Assembly: GCA_029979265.1 (NCBI GenBank)
Contig: JAPOHW010000006.1
Coordinates: 80,221 to 144,220, forward strand
Direction of reading: 5' to 3'
From: Actinomycetota bacterium
Lineage (GTDB): Bacteria; Actinomycetota; Acidimicrobiia; Acidimicrobiales; Aldehydirespiratoraceae
Length of the DNA stretch: 64,000 bases
The notes under the pieces are model-generated. The model worked only from the letters and a program-made list of their open reading frames with translations, ran no database searches and was not told where the DNA came from. The stretch's first letter is position 1. Each line of letters begins with the position of its first letter. This document shows positions 8,682-16,526 of this stretch, piece after piece. Position numbers and translations under genes: made by a program.

Positions 8682-9896
8682 ATGAGCGACGGACGTTCTT
8701 CCCCCGGTGAGAAGCGCCTGGCCGTTCGAGTCACGAAGGACGCACTCAAACACGTACGACGGGGTCACCCATGGGTGTTCGATGCATCGATCACATCGGT
8801 GTCCCATGACGGCGCGCCTGGAGATTTGGCCGTCATCTTCGACGACCGGCGAAACTTCGTCGCCATCGGGCTTTGGGACCCGGCATCGCCCATTCGGATC
8901 CGAGTGCTCCATCACGGTCGGCCGCTCACCATCGACGAGATGTTCTGGCGCAGTCGGTTCGAACTCGCCACCGAGCGACGTCGTCCGCTGCTCGACGATG
9001 AGGCGGTCACGGGCTGTCGCTTGGTCCACGGAGAGAACGACGGCCTTCCGGGGCTCGTCATCGATCGGTACGCCGATGTGGTCGTGGTCAAGCTCTACAG
9101 CGGGGCCTGGTTTGCGCACCTGACAGCGATCGTCGATGCAATCAGGAGCTGTTGGGAACCCGCGAGCGTCGTGTTGCGTCTGGCCCGGACGCTTCAGGAC
9201 GCCACGCCCACCGGGTGCCACGACGGCGCAGTCATCGCCGGCGAGGCACCGCCCACACCGACGCCGTTCCTCGAGGTAGGCGCTGCGATGACTGCGGACC
9301 CGATCGGCGGGCAGAAAACCGGCTACTTCCTGGACCAGCGAGCGAATCGGCTTCTGGTCGGCGCCCACGCAGCCGATGCACGGGTGCTGGACGTCTTTTG
9401 TTGCCACGGCGGCTTCAGCGTGCATGCCGCAATCGGCGGCGCTCGCCACGTCCACTCGGTCGACCTGTCCCCTCACTCAACGGAGGCCGCAAGGCGGCAT
9501 GTGGCGGGCAACGCACCGGTCGAGCACCGGACCACGACCGGGGATGCATTCCAGGTGATGGAGGCGTTGACCGCCCGACAAGAACGCTACGACGTCGTCG
9601 TCGTCGATCCCCCGTCGTTCGCATCCCGCACCAGCGCAGTCCCTGGCGCACTCCGGGCCTACGCCCGCCTCACCCACCTCGCCCTCGGTCTCGTCGAACC
9701 CGGGGGCATGCTGTTTCAAGCCAGTTGCTCGAGCCGAGTCGACCGCAGTCGCTTCGAGGCCACGATTGAAGCTGCCGCAGAGCGCGCCGCGCGCCACCTC
9801 GACATCGAGGCCCGCCCGGCCCATGACCTCGACCATCCGATCGGGTTCCCGGAAGGTGCCTATTTGAAGGCAGTGCTCGCCCGAGTGGACGCCTGA
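8682..9896 (+). CDS. Class I SAM-dependent rRNA methyltransferase, RlmI-like (PUA-like N-terminus plus MTase)
   Basis: The real start is taken at ATG 8682 inside a longer spurious ORF. Motifs are KHVRRGHPWVF, GLPGLVIDRYADVVVVKL, TGYFLDQRANR, VLDVFCCHGGFS and VVVVDPPSFA. Confidence 0.8.
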   Translation: MSDGRSSPGEKRLAVRVTKDALKHVRRGHPWVFDASITSVSHDGAPGDLAVIFDDRRNFVAIGLWDPASPIRIRVLHHGRPLTIDEMFWRSRFELATERRRPLLDDEAVTGCRLVHGENDGLPGLVIDRYADVVVVKLYSGAWFAHLTAIVDAIRSCWEPASVVLRLARTLQDATPTGCHDGAVIAGEAPPTPTPFLEVGAAMTADPIGGQKTGYFLDQRANRLLVGAHAADARVLDVFCCHGGFSVHAAIGGARHVHSVDLSPHSTEAARRHVAGNAPVEHRTTTGDAFQVMEALTARQERYDVVVVDPPSFASRTSAVPGALRAYARLTHLALGLVEPGGMLFQASCSSRVDRSRFEATIEAAAERAARHLDIEARPAHDLDHPIGFPEGAYLKAVLARVDA

Positions 9897-9939
9897 CGCG
9901 CGGCCCGACTCCTCGCGTGGACGGCGCTACGGTGACTCC

Positions 9940-10287
9940 GTGAGCGGGGCAGCACGGATCGAACTCACGGTGTACCTCTGGGCCACCGCCTCGACCCGGT
10001 TCGAGGAGTACCTCACCGCCTTGGTGGCGCTCCTCCCCCGTCACCGGGCCCACCTGGTCCGACGCATCGAACCACTTGCCGGCCGAGCCACCGAGCCCGA
10101 CGCCATCCTCGTGATGAGCTTTCCCAGCGCTTCCTCCATCGACAGCTTTCTTTGCGACCCGGCCCGCACCGACCTGGAAGAACTCGCCGAGACCGCCGTC
10201 GCCCGTTCCACCATCACCGACGGCCGTACCCGCATCGACCCCCAGGAGCCCGCCACGCTCTACCACCTCCCCCGCCATGAGAGATGA
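9940..10287 (+). CDS. Small hypothetical protein, possibly a DUF1330-like dimeric alpha/beta-barrel
   Basis: 115-aa ORF with a GTG start. There is a weak pattern match (ILVMSFPSASSIDSFLCDPAR) to the DUF1330 EFPS...SPEY region. Its 3' end overlaps the SET gene start by 11 nt. Confidence 0.45.
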   Translation: MSGAARIELTVYLWATASTRFEEYLTALVALLPRHRAHLVRRIEPLAGRATEPDAILVMSFPSASSIDSFLCDPARTDLEELAETAVARSTITDGRTRIDPQEPATLYHLPRHER

Positions 10288-10603
10288 GCCGACACCGGTC
10301 GAGGTCAACGACTCGACGATTCACGGCAAAGGGTGCTTCGCGACCCGGTTCATCCCAGCCGGTGCATTCATCGGCACGTACACGGGCCGGGCGACGGACG
10401 TCGACGGCACCTATGTCCTGTGGGTCGAGGGCGACAACGGGACCTTCTCCGGCATTGACGGCGACGGAGTCCTCCGTTGGCTCAACCACAGCAGTACGCC
10501 GAACGCCGAGTTCGACGGACCGAGACTCTTTGCCCTCCGCGACATCGAGCCGACAGAAGAACTCACATTCCACTACGGCGACGGGTGGGAGGACGTCGAC
10601 TGA
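10277..10603 (+). CDS. Minimal SET-domain protein (putative protein-lysine methyltransferase)
   Basis: 108 aa. The SET motifs are GKGCFA (GxG), RWLNHSSTPN (NHSxxPN) and EELTFHYG (ELxFDY-like). Confidence 0.75.
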   Translation: MRDEPTPVEVNDSTIHGKGCFATRFIPAGAFIGTYTGRATDVDGTYVLWVEGDNGTFSGIDGDGVLRWLNHSSTPNAEFDGPRLFALRDIEPTEELTFHYGDGWEDVD

Positions 10604-11400
10604 GAATCGAACCAGTGGGCGACGGGTCCAACGCCATCGAGACCCGGCCACCTCGAGACAGCGAGTCGCTGCGAAACGAACTGCTTGGCTCGAGCGACCG
10701 CCTGCAACGGCTCGTCACCAAGGGCGAGGCCGGCGGCCGTCGCCGCCGCAAAGGTACAGCCGGAGCCCCGAACGTGCGGCGTGTCGATCCACGGCGCCTC
10801 GACGCGATGGACCCCGGCATCGGCCGTGACGGCGACGTCGACCGCGAACTCACCGGCGACGGCTCCGCCGGTTGCGACCACGAGCCCGGCACCGAGGGAG
10901 GCCAACCCATGAGCTGCCAACTCCACGTCTGCCGGCGATTGCACATCGGTTCCGGTCAGGACCGCAACCTCGCGCAGATTCGGTGTCATGACGGCAGCAA
11001 GCGGAAAGAGGCGATCCCGCAGTGCAACCTCGATGCCGGTATCACCCAACCGACCACCCCGGCCGTCGACCAACACCGGATCGACCACCGGCGCAGGCAA
11101 ACGGCCGGACATGATGCGGTCGGCGATCAACCTCACCGCCTCGACCGATCCCAACAGCCCGACCTTGACTGCGGCGACCGGCAAACTCGAGATGATGCCG
11201 TCGAGCTGCGCCTCGAGGAGATCGGGCGCAGTCGGCTCCACTCGGTCCACTGATCCGAGTCGCTGTGCCGTCACCGCCGTGACAGCAACCGTGCCGTGCA
11301 CCCCGAGTGCAGCAAACGTCGAGAGATCGGCGGCGATGCCCGCACCTCCGAGGGGATCGTGGGCAGAGATGGTCAGGACGACCGGCGGACTGGCAGCCAT
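10573..11400 (-). CDS. thiD: Hydroxymethylpyrimidine/phosphomethylpyrimidine kinase
   Basis: VLTISAHDPLGGAGIAADLSTFAALGVHGTVAVTAVTAQ and VKVGLLGS fit the ThiD pattern. I start it at ATG 11400, with GGGAG about 10 nt upstream. Confidence 0.85.
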   Translation of the reverse strand: MAASPPVVLTISAHDPLGGAGIAADLSTFAALGVHGTVAVTAVTAQRLGSVDRVEPTAPDLLEAQLDGIISSLPVAAVKVGLLGSVEAVRLIADRIMSGRLPAPVVDPVLVDGRGGRLGDTGIEVALRDRLFPLAAVMTPNLREVAVLTGTDVQSPADVELAAHGLASLGAGLVVATGGAVAGEFAVDVAVTADAGVHRVEAPWIDTPHVRGSGCTFAAATAAGLALGDEPLQAVARAKQFVSQRLAVSRWPGLDGVGPVAHWFDSQSTSSHPSP

Positions 11401-11433
11401 GGAAATGATGCTCCCACACGCGAAGATGGCCCG

Positions 11434-11979
11434 GTGACAACCCGAGGCCACCTTCTGGTCGCGAGCCCGACCATGACCGATCCGAACTTCGCCTTCACGG
11501 TCATTTTCATGCTCGAACACGACCCCGAGGGTGCGCTCGGGGTCGTGTTAACCCGACCTTCGGAGCTGCCGATGGCCGAGTTGTTCGACCAATGGGGCGC
11601 ACACGCCGCCGCGCCGGCCGTTGTTCATCGTGGCGGGCCCGTATCGCCGTCGTCGGTCATCTCACTTGCAGTGGCGAACGGCACCGTGACACCGACCGCA
11701 TTCAGCCCCGTCAGCGGTCGGATCGGGACGATCGACCTCGATGCGGACCCCTCCGACATTCTCGGCCTCCAGGGCCTGCGAGCGTTCGGTGGCTACGCCG
11801 GCTGGTCATCCGGCCAACTCGAGGCCGAACTGCACGGGGATGCATGGCTCGTCGTCGAGGCCCGAGCCCACGACATCTTGCATCCCCAACCCGAAACGCT
11901 CTGGTGGGAGGTCGTCGGCCGTCAGCCCGGTGCGGTCGGGCTGCTACGGCACTATCCCGAGGAGCCCTGGCTGAACTAG
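11434..11979 (+). CDS. YqgE/AlgH family (UPF0301) protein
   Basis: GHLLVASPTMTDPNFAFTVIFMLEHDPEGALGVVLTRPS is the family N-terminal signature. I start it at GTG 11434, which gives the typical ~181-aa length. Confidence 0.8.
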   Translation: MTTRGHLLVASPTMTDPNFAFTVIFMLEHDPEGALGVVLTRPSELPMAELFDQWGAHAAAPAVVHRGGPVSPSSVISLAVANGTVTPTAFSPVSGRIGTIDLDADPSDILGLQGLRAFGGYAGWSSGQLEAELHGDAWLVVEARAHDILHPQPETLWWEVVGRQPGAVGLLRHYPEEPWLN

Positions 11980-12037
11980 CCCGCACAGACACCTCTCCGT
12001 CGGAGTCGGTTCAGGTCGACCACCTCGGTCGAAGAGG

Positions 12038-12051
12038 CGAACGTACGTTCG
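12038..12051. promoter_or_regulatory. LexA (SOS) box-like perfect palindrome CGAACGTACGTTCG
   Basis: This 14-bp perfect palindrome matches the actinobacterial/Gram-positive LexA core GAAC-N4-GTTC (tCGAAC-N4-GTTCGa). It sits immediately upstream of a TACACT hexamer (12053-12058) and the alkB GTG (12065). Confidence 0.55.
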
Positions 12052-12064
12052 CTACACTCCACAC

Positions 12065-12715
12065 GTGCTCGCCTATCAGGGATCGTTGTTCGGAAGCGGC
12101 CCGCCCGGGGTGTCCGACACCGTCGCAGTGGAGCGTCAGCACCTCGACGAGCACAGCTGGATCGACCACGCGCATGGATGGCTCCATGGCGCCGACATGC
12201 TGCTGGCCGATCTGGCGACCACGCTCCGCTGGCGGACCGGTTGCCGCCCGATGTACGGGCGCATCGTCGACGAACCCCGCCTCCATGCCCACCTCGATGC
12301 CGACGTCGTCGCCGATCGTCCAGCGCTCAGGGATGTCGTTGATGCACTCCAGCGTCGCTACGGCCCCGGACTTCGACCCGGCGTTGTCAACTACTACCGC
12401 AACGGCTCGGACAGTGTGGCATGGCACGCCGATCGCGTCGGAACCCGGCCGGTCGATCCCATCGTTGCGATCGTCAGCCTCGGCGGACCGCGTCGTTTCG
12501 GACTCCGTCCCATGCATGGCGGCCCAGGCCGGCGCATCGTCCTGCACTCCGGCGACCTCCTCGTCATGGGCGGTGCCTGCCAGCACCACTGGGAGCACTC
12601 GATTCCGAAGATGCGCCACGCTCCACCCAGAATGAGCTTGACCTACCGCTATGTCGATGACACCCCAGTGCGCGCCTGGTGGTCCGAGGCGGTCGACCAC
12701 GACGCCTGGGGGTAG
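12065..12715 (+). CDS. alkB: Alpha-ketoglutarate/Fe(II)-dependent dioxygenase AlkB (alkylated DNA/RNA repair)
   Basis: 216 aa. NYYRNGSDSVAWHADR (HxD), RRFGLRP and LHSGDLLVMGGACQHHWEHSIPK fit the AlkB 2OG-oxygenase pattern. Confidence 0.8.
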   Translation: MLAYQGSLFGSGPPGVSDTVAVERQHLDEHSWIDHAHGWLHGADMLLADLATTLRWRTGCRPMYGRIVDEPRLHAHLDADVVADRPALRDVVDALQRRYGPGLRPGVVNYYRNGSDSVAWHADRVGTRPVDPIVAIVSLGGPRRFGLRPMHGGPGRRIVLHSGDLLVMGGACQHHWEHSIPKMRHAPPRMSLTYRYVDDTPVRAWWSEAVDHDAWG

Positions 12716-12747
12716 CAGCCTCGCCATCAGTGCGGCAGAGTACGCCG

Positions 12748-13857
12748 ATGAAGATCACCCAGATCCGGGTCTATCGGCACAGCATCGAGGTTGCCGACGG
12801 CCGCTACCAGATGGCCATATCCGCCGTATCGACACTGGACAGCACCGTCGTCGAGTTGGTGACCGACGAGGGTCTGTCGGGTTTCGGCGAGACCACACCG
12901 CTCGGCCCCACCTACCAGCCCCAGCATGCGCTCGGTGCCCGAGCTGCCATCGCCGAGATGGCACCGACACTCCTCGGTGTCAATCCCCTCCGCACCGGGT
13001 TGGTCCGACGGGCCATGGACCGAGCGCTCACTGGGCACAACTACGCAAAGTCCGCCATCGATGTGGCCTGTTGGGACCTGCTCGGCAAAGTCCGTGGTGA
13101 GCGCGTGTGCGACCTCCTCGGTGGCACCGATCGCAGCGCCGTCGGCTCCTATTTCGGGGTGATGCCCGACACCACCTCACGCACCGCAGACGCAGCCCGC
13201 CAGCGAGAGGCTGCGGGGTACACCCGACTCCAGATCAAAGTCGGCGGACGACCCTTGGCCCACGACATCGAGGCAACCCGAGCAGTCGCCGATGCCGTCT
13301 CCCCGTCAACCAAACTGCTCGTCGACGCCAATCGGGGCTGGACGATGCGCGACACGATCGAGTTCAGCCTCGCCTGTCGTGATGTCCGTCTTTCGATCGA
13401 AAACCCCTGCCGTACCTACGACGAGCACCGCGCGATCGCCGAGAAACTGAATCATCCGCTCTTTCTCGATGAATGCACCACCGATCTCGACGTCATCACC
13501 AAGGCGATCGTGGAGGGTGTGGCACAGGGCTTCGGCATGAAGCTGTCGCGCGTGGGTGGCCTCACTCCCCTACGGACGGTTCGCGATCTCTGCGTCGCTC
13601 ACGGGATCCCTCTGACGATCGACGACACCTGGGGTGGTGATCTCACCGCTGCAGCCACCGTCCACATGGGTGCCACCGTTCCTGATCCGTTCTACGAGGG
13701 GACCTGGATCTCGTATCCGTACCAGAAGCCGGCCTACAGCTGCCTCACCCCTGCAGTGCAACCAGGCGACGGAATGATCCCGATTCCGACTGGCTCTGGC
13801 TTGGGGGTGGAACCCGACCTTGCCGAGTGGGATTCCCCGGTCGGCATCTACGCCTGA
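12748..13857 (+). CDS. Enolase-superfamily enzyme (mandelate racemase/muconate lactonizing enzyme family)
   Basis: I start it at ATG 12748 (MKITQIRVYRHSIEV...). The KVG..., LLVDANRGW and LFLDEC metal-ligand region spacing is typical of MR/MLE enzymes. Substrate cannot be told. Confidence 0.8.
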   Translation: MKITQIRVYRHSIEVADGRYQMAISAVSTLDSTVVELVTDEGLSGFGETTPLGPTYQPQHALGARAAIAEMAPTLLGVNPLRTGLVRRAMDRALTGHNYAKSAIDVACWDLLGKVRGERVCDLLGGTDRSAVGSYFGVMPDTTSRTADAARQREAAGYTRLQIKVGGRPLAHDIEATRAVADAVSPSTKLLVDANRGWTMRDTIEFSLACRDVRLSIENPCRTYDEHRAIAEKLNHPLFLDECTTDLDVITKAIVEGVAQGFGMKLSRVGGLTPLRTVRDLCVAHGIPLTIDDTWGGDLTAAATVHMGATVPDPFYEGTWISYPYQKPAYSCLTPAVQPGDGMIPIPTGSGLGVEPDLAEWDSPVGIYA

Positions 13858-13859
13858 CG

Positions 13860-14387
13860 GTGGCCACGACCAGTCGGCGAGTCGTGGTGATGGGGGTCTC
13901 GGCGGCAGGCAAGACCTCGGTCGGCACGGAGCTCGCCCAACGCCTCGGAGTTCCGTTCGTCGATGCTGACGATCTTCATCCTGCGTCCAATCTTGCCAAG
14001 ATGACCGCCGGTGAACCCCTGACCGACGCCGACCGGGCTCCGTGGCTCGAGCGGGTCGCCCACGCCCTCCGCGGATCCGACGGTGCCGTCATCGCCTGCT
14101 CTGCGCTGAAGCGGGCCTATCGAGATCAGCTTCGTGGTGACGGCGACATCGAGATCGGTTTCGTGTTTCTCGAAGTCCCGAGCGACGTGCTGGAGCGGCG
14201 ACTGTGCCAACGAGCCGATCATTTCATGCCGGCCAGCTTGCTCGACGACCAACTCGCCACCCTCGAACGTCCCGGTCCGGACGAGACCGACGTGTGGTCT
14301 GTTGTGGCGACAGCACCGCTCGAATCGGTGGTCGACACCGTCAGCTCCCTCCTCGCCGTCAAGGCAGCACGTCAGCCGGGAAGCTGA
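13860..14387 (+). CDS. gntK: Gluconokinase-like P-loop kinase
   Basis: VVVMGVSAAGKTSVGTELAQRLGVPFVDADDLHPASNLAKMTAGEPLTDADRAPWL matches the GntK pattern. GTG 13860 lies right after the upstream TGA. Confidence 0.7.
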   Translation: MATTSRRVVVMGVSAAGKTSVGTELAQRLGVPFVDADDLHPASNLAKMTAGEPLTDADRAPWLERVAHALRGSDGAVIACSALKRAYRDQLRGDGDIEIGFVFLEVPSDVLERRLCQRADHFMPASLLDDQLATLERPGPDETDVWSVVATAPLESVVDTVSSLLAVKAARQPGS

Positions 14388-15000
14388 TGAAGACTCCCTC
14401 GGCTTCCGCACACAACGTGTCGCCGTGATGAAAGGTCGCAGCGGCGAATGCCTTGCGCCCGTCGACGTGCTCGATCCATCCACGCATCCGAATCGGCTGA
14501 TCGAGGGGCGTAGGCGCTCGGTAGCGAATCGTCAGCGTGCCGGTGAATCCACTCACGTCGTTGATCACACACACCGATCCCAGGAGCTCGTCGATGACAC
14601 CGCTGATGACTCCACCGTGCACTGACCCTGGAGGGCCGTTGTGGATTGCGCCGAAGACGTGCTCGGCCTCGATCTCCACCCACCCCTTCCCAGGCACGGT
14701 TCGGAACTCGATCGGAGGAGCGACCGGGTTCAGCGCTCCGATGTATGGGCTGTACGGAAAGAAGTTTTCGAGACCGAGCTCCAGCACATGCGATCGACGC
14801 TCGCTGTTCACCGAGCCAAATCGTTCCTGCAGCTCGCCGGTGCGGAGTGCGCTCTGCATCCGAACCTCGTCCACGGCTTCGAGCTCGAGCCGTTCGGCGA
14901 CCGCCTCCAACGAGACGACGCTGGATGCCAGATCTTCCTCTGACACTGCGTCGAGGTCGGCGACGCGAGCGGCGCTGATCACCCGCCGCAGGGCGGCCAT
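14359..15000 (-). CDS. PaaI/hotdog-fold thioesterase family protein
   Basis: GSVHGGVISGVIDELLGSV plus GTLTIRYRAPTP is typical of PaaI-type thioesterases. I start it at ATG 15000, because the longer ORF would overlap the divergent SDR gene. Confidence 0.7.
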   Translation of the reverse strand: MAALRRVISAARVADLDAVSEEDLASSVVSLEAVAERLELEAVDEVRMQSALRTGELQERFGSVNSERRSHVLELGLENFFPYSPYIGALNPVAPPIEFRTVPGKGWVEIEAEHVFGAIHNGPPGSVHGGVISGVIDELLGSVCVINDVSGFTGTLTIRYRAPTPLDQPIRMRGWIEHVDGRKAFAAATFHHGDTLCAEAEGVFISFPADVLP

Positions 15001-15097
15001 CACATCGGTCGGCTCGGTCACGGCCCCGGACGGTAGGCGAACCGGCAACGGCTGCACGAATCGCAGGGGGCAGCCCCCAGAGGTACGATCCGCGTCG

Positions 15098-15850
15098 ATG
15101 ACTCGTTTCTCCGACAGGGTTGCCTTCCTCACCGGTGTTGCCAGCGGCGTCGGCCGATCGACGGCGATTCGCCTCGCCCGCGAGGGCGCATCGGTGTTCG
15201 GCGTCGACATCGACGAACAAGGGATGGACGAGACACGCTCGACCATCGCCGGGTCCGACGGATCGATGACGACGAAGGTCGTCGACGTTGCCGATGTCGA
15301 TCAGATCAAAACAGCAGTGGCCGACTGTGTCACCCGATTCGGCGGAATCGACATCGTCGGCAACATCGCCGGTATTGCCAAGCAACACCATGTCGCCGAT
15401 GTCAGCGAGGCCGAGTGGGACCTCCTGAACGCCGTGAACCTGAAGGGTCCGTTCTTCATCGCCCAAGCGACGATGCCCCACCTGATCGAACGTTCGGGCA
15501 CGCTCATCAACATCGCATCCAATGCAGGACTCATGGGGCAGGCCTACACCGTTCCGTACTGTGCCACGAAGGGCGGCATCGTGAACCTCACAAGAGCCCT
15601 TGCGATGGAGTTCGTCAAAACCGGTGTGCGGGTCAATGCCATTGCACCCGGAGGCATCGACACACCCCTTGTCCACAACTTCGAACTTGCCGAGGACATC
15701 GACTTCAACCTGATGCAGAACCACATCGGCTATCGGACCCCGAGTTCGCCGGATCAGATTGCGGCATTCTTCGCTTTCCTCGCCAGTGACGAGGCGGCCA
15801 ACATTCACGGCAGCATTCTCAGCGCCGACGGCGGATTGACCGCCGCCTGA
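15098..15850 (+). CDS. Short-chain dehydrogenase/reductase (SDR)
   Basis: I start it at ATG 15098. It has FLTGVASGVGRS (TGxxxGxG), NIAG, and the active-site YCATK (YxxxK). Confidence 0.85.
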   Translation: MTRFSDRVAFLTGVASGVGRSTAIRLAREGASVFGVDIDEQGMDETRSTIAGSDGSMTTKVVDVADVDQIKTAVADCVTRFGGIDIVGNIAGIAKQHHVADVSEAEWDLLNAVNLKGPFFIAQATMPHLIERSGTLINIASNAGLMGQAYTVPYCATKGGIVNLTRALAMEFVKTGVRVNAIAPGGIDTPLVHNFELAEDIDFNLMQNHIGYRTPSSPDQIAAFFAFLASDEAANIHGSILSADGGLTAA

Positions 15851-15851
15851 G

Positions 15852-16517
15852 ATGGCAGAGCTTGACGCGTTCGTCCTCGGCGTCGATCTCGACGGAGTCT
15901 GTGCCGAACACACCCTCGGCTTCAGAGCAATCGTCGCCGATCGCCTCGGTGTCGACGAGAGCTCACTGCCGCTCGAACGGGGCTGGGACTTTGCCGAGTG
16001 GGGGTTCGGTCCTGGCGAATTCGAGGATCACCATCGATATGCCGTCGTCGAAAAGCGGATGTTTCGCACGCTTGCGGTCATTGACGACGCCGCCGAGGTC
16101 CTCTGGCGCTTGAGTGACGCCGGCGTATGGATCCGAATCATCACGCATCGGCTCTATGTCAACTGGGGCCACCAGACGGCGGTGACCGATACGGTCGAGT
16201 GGCTCGATGCCGCCCACATCCCCTACCGAGATCTGTGCTTTCTCGGAGCAAAGCCCCAAGTGGAGGCCGACCTCTACATCGACGACTCGCCCGGGAACGT
16301 CTCGGCGCTGCGGCGGGCCGGTAACGAGGTGATCGTCTTCGATCAGCCCTACAACCGAACGATGGACGGGCCGAGGGCATCGACCTGGGCGCAGATCGAG
16401 GAGATCGTGCTCGATCGCGTTGCCGCATGGTCCGGAATTCACGGCGTGCAACCGACCCTTCCCGGTGTCACCGCAGGCGATCGATTGTTCGGACGGCGTC
16501 CAACCGATGCACGGTAG
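15852..16517 (+). CDS. HAD-type 5'(3')-deoxyribonucleotidase-like protein (NT5C family)
   Basis: It has the DxDxV motif (LGVDLDGVCAEH) and the C-terminal pattern IDDSPGNV...VIVFDQPYNR...STW typical of NT5C. Confidence 0.65.
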   Translation: MAELDAFVLGVDLDGVCAEHTLGFRAIVADRLGVDESSLPLERGWDFAEWGFGPGEFEDHHRYAVVEKRMFRTLAVIDDAAEVLWRLSDAGVWIRIITHRLYVNWGHQTAVTDTVEWLDAAHIPYRDLCFLGAKPQVEADLYIDDSPGNVSALRRAGNEVIVFDQPYNRTMDGPRASTWAQIEEIVLDRVAAWSGIHGVQPTLPGVTAGDRLFGRRPTDAR

Positions 16518-16526
16518 GGTCGTCGG

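Noticed and set aside
11401-11433. Looked for a TPP riboswitch upstream of thiD, and for purine/ZTP/glycine riboswitches upstream of pur genes
   Set aside because: The intergenic spaces are far too short (33 nt before thiD, essentially no leader before purSL, 93 nt before purE), and I saw none of the conserved riboswitch cores.
15487-15496. 10-bp palindrome CGAACGTTCG
   Set aside because: The GAAC and GTTC arms are adjacent (N0 rather than N4), and the site is inside the SDR coding region. It is not a LexA-type operator.
14372-15913. 513-aa minus-strand ORF, plus the 5' part (14537-15097) of the 437-aa plus-strand ORF
   Set aside because: Both overlap the well-supported thioesterase and SDR genes in other frames or on the other strand. 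Their translations are Arg/Ser/Pro-rich and carry no motifs.
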